Notes under the pieces: model-generated
Told to the model about the DNA's origin: nothing
Databases searched by the model: none
What the model saw: the letters and a program-made list of their open reading frames with translations, nothing else
Part shown: positions 27,407 to 35,689 of the stretch, piece by piece
Position numbering within the stretch: position 1 is the first letter of the stretch
Layout: each line of letters starts with the position of its first letter
Position numbers and translations under genes: made by a program
Origin: Acidobacteriota bacterium
Lineage (GTDB): Bacteria; Acidobacteriota; Terriglobia; Bryobacterales; Bryobacteraceae
Direction of reading: 5' to 3'
Length of the DNA stretch: 64,000 bases
NCBI GenBank assembly: GCA_043730365.1
Contig: JAYTKJ010000868.1
Coordinates: forward strand, 5,610 to 69,609

Positions 27407-28765
27407 ATGATTTCACGCCGATCACTTCTTGAACAAATGGGCGCAGGCTTTGCCTGGACGGCCGCGATGGCGTCAGCTTCGCCGCTCGAGTCCAAGAAGA
27501 CACATCACGAGGCAAAAGCCAAGCGCGTCATCTTTCTCTTTCTCAACGGCGGGCTTTCTCAGGTAGACACGTTCGATCCCAAGCCCGAGCTGCAGAAGCG
27601 GCATGGCCAACCGTTCCCGGGAGGCAATCCACGCACGGAGCGAACCACCGGCAATCTGCTCGCTTCGCCGTTCCAATTCCGGCGCTGCGGGCAAAGCGGC
27701 ATTGAAGTCAGTGAGATCTTTCCAGAGCTGGGCAAGATGATTGACGATGTCTGCGTCGTGCGGTCCACTGTCACCGGCAACCCCATTCATGAGTCGTGCC
27801 TCTTCATGATGAACACCGGAGACCTGCAAGCGGGGCGGCCTTCGATGGGCTCCTGGCTTACTTACGGTTTGGGCACGGTCAATCAGAACTTGCCCGGCTA
27901 CATCGTGCTGTGTCCGGGTATTCCGGTGGTGGGCCCGCCCTTGTGGAATTCGGCTTTTCTGCCGGCCGCCTATCAAGGCACCCATATCCGCAACGATGAG
28001 ACTGACCCGCTCAAGCTGATCCCCAATTTGAAGAACGCAGAATGGGGACCGGCCGCGCAGCGCAAGCAACTCGATCTACTTTCTCGACTCAATACGATTC
28101 ACGCCAAACCCCGCGCGGGCGATGCCGAGCTCGACGCCACCATTCAAGCCATGGAAGTGGCGTTCCGGATGCAGTCCGAAGCGCCCGACGTGTTCGACAT
28201 CTCGAAAGAGCCTGAGTCAACGCGCAAGATGTACGGCGAGGGCCATTTCGCCCGCGGCTGCTTGCTCGCGCGACGCCTGGTGGAGCGCGGTGTGCGGATG
28301 GTGCAGGTCTACTATGGCAATGGTCAGCCTTGGGACAGCCATGACGACATATTCGGACATCGCACCCATGCCCAGCACTCTGATCAACCGATAGCCGCGC
28401 TGCTCCGCGATCTGAAACAGTGCGGGCTGCTGGATGATACCTTGGTGATCATCGGCAGCGAATTTGGCCGGACGCCGTCGGTGGAAAACAGTGCGGTGGT
28501 GAAGATTCAGAACGGCCGGGATCATAGCCCTTATGGCTTTTCGACGCTCATGGCCGGAGGCGGGATCAAAGGCGGCATCACCTACGGCGCCACCGATGAC
28601 TTCGGATTTCATGCCGTCGACAAGCCCGCGCATGTGCATGACCTGCACGCCACTGCTCTCCACCTCTTGGGGCTGGATCACACACGTTTAACCTTCCGCT
28701 ACAGCGGACGCGACTTCCGCCTTACCGACGTAGCCGGCCAGGTCATTCGCGATATCATTGCCTGA
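27407..28765 (+). CDS. DUF1501 domain protein
   Basis: It lies 7 nt after the PSCyt gene. Motifs GSEFGRTP and GRDHS/P, and overall similarity to the 18091..19428 paralog. Confidence 0.85.
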   Translation: MISRRSLLEQMGAGFAWTAAMASASPLESKKTHHEAKAKRVIFLFLNGGLSQVDTFDPKPELQKRHGQPFPGGNPRTERTTGNLLASPFQFRRCGQSGIEVSEIFPELGKMIDDVCVVRSTVTGNPIHESCLFMMNTGDLQAGRPSMGSWLTYGLGTVNQNLPGYIVLCPGIPVVGPPLWNSAFLPAAYQGTHIRNDETDPLKLIPNLKNAEWGPAAQRKQLDLLSRLNTIHAKPRAGDAELDATIQAMEVAFRMQSEAPDVFDISKEPESTRKMYGEGHFARGCLLARRLVERGVRMVQVYYGNGQPWDSHDDIFGHRTHAQHSDQPIAALLRDLKQCGLLDDTLVIIGSEFGRTPSVENSAVVKIQNGRDHSPYGFSTLMAGGGIKGGITYGATDDFGFHAVDKPAHVHDLHATALHLLGLDHTRLTFRYSGRDFRLTDVAGQVIRDIIA

Positions 28766-28771
28766 CCGTTT

Positions 28772-29443
28772 ATGAAGAAACTTTGGAAGAACGATAGTGA
28801 GCTTTTCACGCTCGCCCGCACTGAATTGTTCACGGCCGTGGTGGGTGACGTGATGGACAAGCTCAATCTGCGCCGCCAATTTCTCCCGCCGGAGATCCAG
28901 CCGTTGGCGCCAGACATGGTCACCATCGGCCGCGCCATGACCGTCCTCGAGGCTGATTTCTTTGAAGAAGGCGACAAGCCCTTCGGCGTTATGCTGGAGG
29001 CGCTGGACGATCTGAAGACGCACGAGGTCTACGTCTGCACCGGCGGTTCTTTGCGCTACGCGCTATGGGGCGAGTTGATGAGCTTGCGAGCGAGCAAGCT
29101 CGGCGCCGCGGGAGCCGTCCTCAATGGCTATTCGCGGGACACCAACGGCATTATCGAGCAAAAATTCCCCTGCTTCTCGCGAGGCCGCTACGCGCAGGAC
29201 CAAGGGCCGCGCGGCAAAGTAGTGGAGTTTCGCGTGCCCATCGAGATGGACGGTGGCGTTAGAATCGAAACCGGCGACATCGTCTTCGGCGACATTGACG
29301 GCGTCTGCGTGATCCCCGCCAAGGCCGAGCGCGAAGTGTTTATGCGAGCGATCGAGAAAGCGCGCGGCGAGAAAACCGTGCGGCAGGCGATCGAGGCAGG
29401 GATGAGCGCTCAGGCGGCGTTTAAGAAGTTCGGCATTCTCTAG
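28772..29443 (+). CDS. RraA-family protein (regulator of RNase E activity / HMG-aldolase-like fold)
   Basis: 223 aa with TAVVGDVMD, GRAMTV, WGELMS..A...GAAGAVLNGYSRD and GDIVFGDIDGVCVIP, the pattern of the RraA/demethylmenaquinone-methyltransferase-like family. Confidence 0.8.
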   Translation: MKKLWKNDSELFTLARTELFTAVVGDVMDKLNLRRQFLPPEIQPLAPDMVTIGRAMTVLEADFFEEGDKPFGVMLEALDDLKTHEVYVCTGGSLRYALWGELMSLRASKLGAAGAVLNGYSRDTNGIIEQKFPCFSRGRYAQDQGPRGKVVEFRVPIEMDGGVRIETGDIVFGDIDGVCVIPAKAEREVFMRAIEKARGEKTVRQAIEAGMSAQAAFKKFGIL

Positions 29444-29760
29444 CTCCGCTTCGCTTCTCGCTGTATCCCCTCGGCGATCCACATTCGCAATTGCGTCTGG
29501 TACCCAACCGATTTCCTTGCGGCGATCTTCTTGGCCGCTACAATCTGTTCGGGAACGAGACGAATAGAGATTGGACGCTTGGCTTTTGCATGACGCTATC
29601 GAATAGCCATTGCAAGAGGCCCCGGCATTTTCCCCGGCTTGGCTTCGGGCAACTGCTCCCAGATTTCACCCACTGAGTGCTTGTCAAAATACTCGGCCGC
29701 CGCCTTGTCCGAGCGAAATTGTGGGAGGGGAAGCTTCGCGGGGGGTAACGTTTTTCTCAT
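29440..29760 (-). pseudogene. BrnA-like (CopG/RHH) antitoxin interrupted by an in-frame TAG
   Basis: The reverse strand reads MRKTLPPAKLPLPQFRSDKAAAEYFDKHSVGEIWEQLPEAKPGKMPGPLAMAIR, then TAG (29596-29598), then in the same frame RHAKAKRPISIRLVPEQIVAAKKIAARKSVGYQTQLRMWIAEGIQREAKRS. Together this is a 106-aa BrnA-type architecture directly downstream of a BrnT-like gene. Confidence 0.6.
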
Positions 29761-29769
29761 ATTGCTCGC

Positions 29770-30032
29770 TTACTTCCGGCGGAATTGCCGCCGTTCGTTA
29801 TCTTCCATGTTGCGCGCGGTGATGACACGGATCTTTCCAGTCGGTAAGCGACGGAACACCACGAAACCAGTCGTCCATCAAGGGTTGCACCAAGAGCGAT
29901 GTAGCGTTGATCCCCACTTCGCCGAATCTTGTATGCGCCCACAAAAACTTCTTCGACTTCTTCAGCTGTAAAGTCGTGCTGTCCGATGTGGAAGATGTTC
30001 GCGTCATCCCAGTCAAAGCCAGTTGGCCACAA
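29770..30032 (-). pseudogene. BrnT-like (DUF497) toxin with an apparent 1-nt deletion near 29862-29872
   Basis: The N-terminal frame reads MWPTGFDWDDANIFHIGQHDFTAEEVEEVF...IALGATLDGRL. The conserved C-terminus GFVVFRRLPTGKIRVITARNMEDNERRQFRRK-stop appears only in the -1 frame and ends with TAA at 29770-29772, 9 nt before the antitoxin ATG. Confidence 0.65.
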
Positions 30033-30063
30033 TCAGAGAGTAGCAAAATGTATATACAGAGCG

Positions 30064-31011
30064 CTACGGTGTGGAATGGTTACTTCCACCTCGTACCAGC
30101 GGCGTCACCGTCACCTTGCGAAACTCCACCGGCCCATGGTCCCCCTGCAACATCAGCGGGCCCGGCTGGTCTTCGTTGGGATCCGTCGCCATCGCCGTGT
30201 AACCCTCCACGTCCTTCTTCTCGATCAACTTCTTACCGTTCAACACCACCGTAACCTCTCGCCCGATGAAGCGGATATCGAAGCTCTGCCAGGCCTCGGG
30301 CGCCAGCGTCGCGTTGACGGCCGGCGCAATGCGCGAGTACAGCGCGCCATTGGAGTGCTTTGACGGCGCCTCGCCCTGATCGCCATAAATTTGCACCTCA
30401 TACCGCCCGCGCAGGCCCACACCGGAGTTTGAATGGTGACCCACCCGGAATTCGATATGCAGGTCGAAATTCCAGAACTTCTGCTCTGATGCGATATCCG
30501 GAGCCTTGCCCACGCCGTTCTTCATCGCACCGCCGTCGATCTTCCACTCATCGATGGAGCGGTTTGGCACCGTTACGCGCCAGCCGTTGAGGTCACGCCC
30601 ATTGAACAATTCAACCGCTTTCTGTTTCATCCATTTTCCGTCGTCCACGTCGGTGATCTCCGGCGCGTGGGAGCCACCAAACGTACGGGTAACTTTTCCC
30701 GCGACGTCGAGGTTGCCCGTCAATTTGCCGCCCTCAACGCGGGCGCGGTAGACGCCCGGCTGGGTGGCGCTCTGAAACTCCCAAATCAATTCATTGCCGT
30801 GCACCGCGATCTTCGGAACCGGGTCCAACTGGCCGCCGGGCGCGCCAACAAACTCGCCCTGAACCTTGGGCGTCCCGGCCCCGGCAATCTTGAGCCACCA
30901 GACCCGGCCGCGCGGGTCGCCCTGAACGCTGAGGATCCAGCGGCCGTTAAAGTCCGCAACTGCAGCGGACAGCGAAGCAACTGCCCATAGAGAAAGAAGG
31001 AGGAGGCGCAT
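30064..31011 (-). CDS. exported DUF1080 (3-keto-disaccharide hydrolase / LamG-like jelly-roll) protein, two-domain
   Basis: Signal peptide MRLLLLSLWAVASLSA. C-terminal half has LFNGRDLNGW...W.I.DG....FDLHIEFRV..HSNSGVGLRGRYEVQI....LMLQGDHGPVEFRKVTV, the DUF1080 pattern. Confidence 0.75.
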   Translation of the reverse strand: MRLLLLSLWAVASLSAAVADFNGRWILSVQGDPRGRVWWLKIAGAGTPKVQGEFVGAPGGQLDPVPKIAVHGNELIWEFQSATQPGVYRARVEGGKLTGNLDVAGKVTRTFGGSHAPEITDVDDGKWMKQKAVELFNGRDLNGWRVTVPNRSIDEWKIDGGAMKNGVGKAPDIASEQKFWNFDLHIEFRVGHHSNSGVGLRGRYEVQIYGDQGEAPSKHSNGALYSRIAPAVNATLAPEAWQSFDIRFIGREVTVVLNGKKLIEKKDVEGYTAMATDPNEDQPGPLMLQGDHGPVEFRKVTVTPLVRGGSNHSTP

Positions 31012-31019
31012 CGGATCAC

Positions 31020-31072
31020 AGTATAGCTACGCCAACTATAACGTTTCAAAGTATAGTGTGTCAGAGTATACT
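31020..31072. promoter_or_regulatory. three direct AGTATA(G/C) repeats in the divergent DUF1080/PadR intergenic region; candidate PadR operator
   Basis: AGTATAG at 31020-31026 and 31050-31056, and the palindrome AGTATACT at 31065-31072 (spacings of 30 and 15 nt). They lie in an AT-rich 79-bp gap immediately upstream of the padR-like gene. Confidence 0.3.
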
Positions 31073-31090
31073 TCGATCAGATAGATCGAT

Positions 31091-31441
31091 ATGCATCCCG
31101 ACCCCGCCTCCCTCATCCCCCTTCCCACCGCCGTCTTCCACATTCTGGTCGCGCTGGCTGACCGTGACCGTCACGGCTACTCCATCATGCAGGACGTCGC
31201 GGCTCGCACGAACGAAAAGGTGCAGCTCAGTCCCGGCACGCTCTACAGTTCCATCCGCCGGATGCTGGAGCAAGGGTTGATCGAAGAGCTCACCACCAGT
31301 CCTGAGCCCTCCAACACCGATGAGCGGCGGCGTTACTATCGCCTCTCCCGCTTCGGGCGGCGCGTGGCAGCGGCTGAGGTAGACCGGTTGGACGCCATGC
31401 TCAAACAGGCTCGCGCCACCGGGTTGGTAACTGGCAGGTAG
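31091..31441 (+). CDS. PadR-family transcriptional regulator
   Basis: 116 aa with ILVALADRDRHGYSIMQDV...GTLYSSIRRMLEQGLIEE, a winged-helix PadR signature. It is followed 6 nt later by the permease gene. Confidence 0.9.
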   Translation: MHPDPASLIPLPTAVFHILVALADRDRHGYSIMQDVAARTNEKVQLSPGTLYSSIRRMLEQGLIEELTTSPEPSNTDERRRYYRLSRFGRRVAAAEVDRLDAMLKQARATGLVTGR

Positions 31442-31447
31442 CAACCG

Positions 31448-34155
31448 ATGCGCGCGCCTGGCATGTATCGCGCTCTCCTGTGGTGCTACCCATCCGCATT
31501 CCGGCAAGAGTATGGCGGCGAGATGCTGCAGTTGTTCGCCGAACAATTGGGTGAAGCCCGGCAACGAGGCGGCTTGTTGCTGGAGGCACGGTTGTGGGCC
31601 CGCGCTACGTTCGATGCCGCGACAATCGGTCCAAAGGAGCATGGGCACGTGATACTGCAAGACCTCAAATACGCCGGGCGAACGATGGCGGCCAATCCAG
31701 GCTTCACCGCCGTGGCGATCCTGTCGCTCGCGCTTGGCATCGGCGCCAATACTGCGATATTCAGCGTGTGGAACCGCGTCCTGATGGCGGCGCTGCCCGT
31801 CCAGGCTCCCGAGCAACTGGTGATGCTCACCGATCCCAACTCGTCGGGCGTTCAGGTGGGCTCATCCGATGGCGAGCGGGGGCTCATGACTTACGCCGAG
31901 TTTGAGCAGATCCACGATCAAGCCCAAGGCTTCGCCAGCGTGATGGCCTCAGAGAGCAGTCTGGGCCGCTGGCCTCTACGCGTGGGCGACGGCGCCTGGA
32001 CCGAAGTGCGGGGACGCATGGTCTCGGGCCGGTACTTTGCAGTGTTGGGCGTACCCGCGGCGATCGGGCGGACGTTTTCCGTCGAGGATGACCGCCAGGT
32101 TGCACCCCATGCTGTTATCAGCCACCAGTTTTGGCAGCGAAGCTTCGGCGGGGATCCTGGCGTCTTGGGGAAGGCCATCACGGTGCGCAAAGCCGCGCTC
32201 ACCATCATCGGTGTCATGCCCGCGGGCTTCACCGCCGAGACCAGCGGGGACCAGCCGGACCTGTGGACGCCCCTACGCATGCAGTCCGGCCTTTCGCCTG
32301 GGAGCGATCGGCTCCGCGACACCGGCACCGAAAAAATCATGTGGCTCCATGTCTTCGGCCGGCTCACGCCGGGCGTGAGCATCGCACAGGCCAGCGCGTC
32401 GGCCAACGCCATCTTCAAGAACGGGCTCACGTCCTACTACGGCGCCGCCTTGCCTCCAGACAAGGCGCGAGAGTTTCTTAACCAGCGGCTGGTAGTCAAG
32501 CCGGCTGTCGGCGGGGCCTCCCGCATACGATCGCAGTTCGCCGATCCATTGAACATACTGCTGGCGGCGGTGGGTGTGGTGCTGCTGATCGCCTGCTGCA
32601 ATGTGGCGAACTTGCTACTGGCGCGGGGCGCATCCCGCCGGCACGAGATCGCCCTCCGTCTGTCGCTCGGAGCGAGTCGCGCGCGGCTCGTGCGGCAACT
32701 ATTGACGGAGAGCTTGAGTCTGGCTGTCGCCGGCGGCATGGCTGGACTCGTGTTGGCCTCCGGTTTCCATCGCGGCCTGCTCTGGTTAATGTCGGATGCC
32801 GCGCCGGATCTCCGCCTGGATTTTGGCCTTGAGCCTCGGGTCTTGGCCTTCAGCTTTGCCGTGACGCTGGCGGCGGCGGTGGTGTTCGGCGTGCTACCCG
32901 CCCTGCTCGCCACCAAGGCCGATGCTAGCGAGTCTTTCAAAGGGCAGGGCCGTACGTCCTCCGGTTCGGCGGGGCAATTGCGCTGGGCCGCATTCTGGTG
33001 GCGGCACAATTGGCTCTCTCTTTGCCACTCCTGGCCGGCGCGGGCCTACTGATTCGAACTTTGAGCAATCTCAAGAACGTCGATCTCGGTTACGCGCGTG
33101 AACAACTGGTGGTGGCGCGCGTGGACGCGGCTGTGGCCGGATATGAATCGCCTCGGCGTGTGGCCTTGTACAACGAGCTCCGGGAGGAGTTCAAACGACT
33201 GCCGGGGGTGCGGGCGGCGAGCTATTCCGAGAACGGACTGTTCAGCGGCCACGATTCGGCTGACGAAATCGAAGTCGAGGGCTACACGCGCAAAGGGTCC
33301 GGCGATGAGGGAGCGCGGTGGGATCAGGTTGGGCCCGAGTACTTTACCATGTTGAAGGTGCGGCTCCTCGCGGGCCGCGATATCAACGAAGCCGATCAAG
33401 CCGGAGCGCCCAAGGTGTGCGTGATCAACGAGAGCTTTGCCAAGCAGTTTTTCGCCAACCGCAATCCGCTCGGTATGCGCATCACTACGATCTACGCAGA
33501 CCAGCGGCGGGTCCACCAAATCGTCGGTGTGGCCCAGGACACGCGCACACATCAGTTGCGCGGCAAAGTGCGCCCGCGTTACTTCGTGCCGCTCACGCAG
33601 CCCTTGGGCGAGGGTGACGGCACGGTGTTTCTAGTGCGAACGGCAACCGACCCCGCGCCAGTGCTGAAAGCGATAGAGGCGACGATCCGGCGCAAGGATC
33701 CTGCCATCGGCATCGTTCACATCGATGTGATTGAGGACCGGGTCAACCGGCGCTTGGCGCAGGATCAGATCATGGCCAGGCTCGCGGCCTGTTTTGGTTT
33801 GGCGGCGATTCTCTTGGCCGCTGTAGGCCTCTACGGAGTGCTGTCGTATGGTGTGGCGCGGCGTCGCTCTGAGATTGGAATCCGCATCGCGCTGGGCGCT
33901 CTGCCTCGCCGCATTGTTGGCATGATTCTGCAGGAAGCCGCGGTGACGGTGGTGGCGGGTCTGGTGCTCGGTGCGGGCCTCGCCTACGCAGGGTCAAGGT
34001 GGATCGCCAGTCAACTCTACGGAGTGATGCCGAACGATCCGCTGACGCTCGCCTCCGCTGTGGAACTCCTAATCCTGATCGCCCTGCTCGCGGCGTATTT
34101 GCCCGCGCGCCGCGCCTCGCGAGTGGAGCCGATGACGGCACTGCGGCAGGACTGA
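31448..34155 (+). pseudogene. duplicated MacB/FtsX-type ABC permease (ADOP-like), split by an apparent 1-nt deletion near 32975-32985
   Basis: Two ORFs (31448..33052 and 32998..34155) together give the roughly 900-aa duplicated MacB_PCD+FtsX architecture. Frame 1 reads ...GSAGQLR. The sequence continues sensibly only in the -1 frame as [27 protein letters not shown], the conserved transmembrane helix of the second repeat. Confidence 0.7.
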
Positions 34156-34554
34156 TCCTACGTGAGGCAAACCCGGTCGCCGGGCCGCAGGCGGCCCCTT
34201 CACTCCGTCGCTCACGCCCGCTGGGGTGGCGTTTTGGCTGGCGAAGTTCAGCGCTCGATCCGCGCTTCCGAACCACGGCGAGCCACCGGAATCCTGGACA
34301 CGCCGTGGCCGACTGCCCGGCCACGTCACCGCACCGTTCATCATCGTGGCCCCGCTGCCGGCAAAGATCTCCCACTTGCCGGGATGGGCCTCGTTGACGC
34401 CTCCGGTCGGCAGTGACGTGCCTCCGGCCGCGTATTGGCGAGATTCCGAGGCACTCAGAACATGCCTTTGGGCGAAGCCGGCGGCCGCCTGTTGGCTCCC
34501 GATGGGTTCAAAATATTTCGCCACACTGCAACTCCGCGATATACTCACTCCCAT

Positions 34555-35688
34555 ATGTCCACTGCACAAGCGGTCCGCCGCGCGCGGCTGCAATCGATGA
34601 TGGCGTGGCAGGCCTCGGCCGCCCCGCCTGACCAGTTGGCGATCAAGGATCTGCGTGCTTACCCGCTACGCGAGCCGGACTCGGGCCGGAGCTTCACCAT
34701 GCTCCGTGTGGAGTCCGTCAATGGCTTGATCGGCTGGGGCGAGTGCGGCGCTGCGATCCCGCCGTCCGAGATGGTGGCCGCCAAACTGGTCCTCGTTGGT
34801 CTGGCGGCCAATTCCTACGAAGTGGCTTGGCGAAGGCTCACCGCTGCGCCAGCGCTCCGGCCCGCCATCGACATGGCGCTGCTCGACATTGCCGCGCAGC
34901 AATCCAAGGCTCCCGTCTATCAATTACTCGGCGGACCAACGCGCACCAAATGCCGCGCCTATGTACCGCTTGAAGGGCCAGCGGCGCTTGAGCGCACTCA
35001 GCAAGCCGGCCACAAAGCCTTCGGCGTCCCGGCCCCACCCAATGAATGGCGTAACGCGGGCAAGCCCTATGTGGACAAGGCCACCGCGCTAATGCAAATG
35101 ATGCGTCGCGCGGCCGGCCCCGGCTATGACTTTGTGCTTGACGGGGGTGGGCGCATGACGCCGGGCGACGCGCAATCGATCGCCGCCGCGTTCGAGAAAT
35201 TTCACCTGCTGTGTTTTGACGAGCCGGTCGTCTCCACCAACCTCGGAGCCGTGAGAAAAATTTCCGGTGAGAGCGTCACGCCGCTCGGGTTCGGGCGGAC
35301 TCTGACCACTGCGGGCGGATTTGAAGATCTGCTCCGCGAAGACAGTGTGGACTTGCTCCGGCCCAGCTTGGCGCGCCACGGTGTCTCGCAAATCAAGCGC
35401 ATTGCGGCGATCGCCGAAGCCTACTACGTTGCCGTCGCGCCCTATCACGATGGCGGGCCGTTGGGCACGCTGGCCGGGCTACACCTGGCTGCATCCATTC
35501 CGAATTTCTTCATCCAGCAGATTCCATCGCCCGCCTCTGAGCGCGATCGCGCCATGCGCAACTCGCTGCTCAGCGAAGACGTCGAAAAGGTGAGCGCCGG
35601 TTTTGCCGCGCTCCCGAATGCAGCCGGATGGGGCGTGCGAGTGAACGAGGCCGCCGTCGAACGCTACAGCCAGGAGGCGAGAGGTTAG
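34555..35688 (+). CDS. enolase-superfamily (mandelate racemase/muconate lactonizing enzyme-like) protein, divergent paralog
   Basis: LRVESVNGLIGWGEC, APVYQLLGG, DFVLDGGGRM and CFDEPV resemble the neighbouring dehydratase-like gene. The third metal-ligand position reads GFGRTL instead of ATGERL. The ATG at 34555 was chosen, and the longer ORF from 34435 is less likely. Confidence 0.75.
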   Translation: MSTAQAVRRARLQSMMAWQASAAPPDQLAIKDLRAYPLREPDSGRSFTMLRVESVNGLIGWGECGAAIPPSEMVAAKLVLVGLAANSYEVAWRRLTAAPALRPAIDMALLDIAAQQSKAPVYQLLGGPTRTKCRAYVPLEGPAALERTQQAGHKAFGVPAPPNEWRNAGKPYVDKATALMQMMRRAAGPGYDFVLDGGGRMTPGDAQSIAAAFEKFHLLCFDEPVVSTNLGAVRKISGESVTPLGFGRTLTTAGGFEDLLREDSVDLLRPSLARHGVSQIKRIAAIAEAYYVAVAPYHDGGPLGTLAGLHLAASIPNFFIQQIPSPASERDRAMRNSLLSEDVEKVSAGFAALPNAAGWGVRVNEAAVERYSQEARG

Positions 35689-35689
35689 T

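Noticed and set aside
31061-31816. 251-aa minus-strand ORF spanning padR and the permease start
   Set aside because: It overlaps two well-supported plus-strand genes and the AT-rich promoter region. No family signal.
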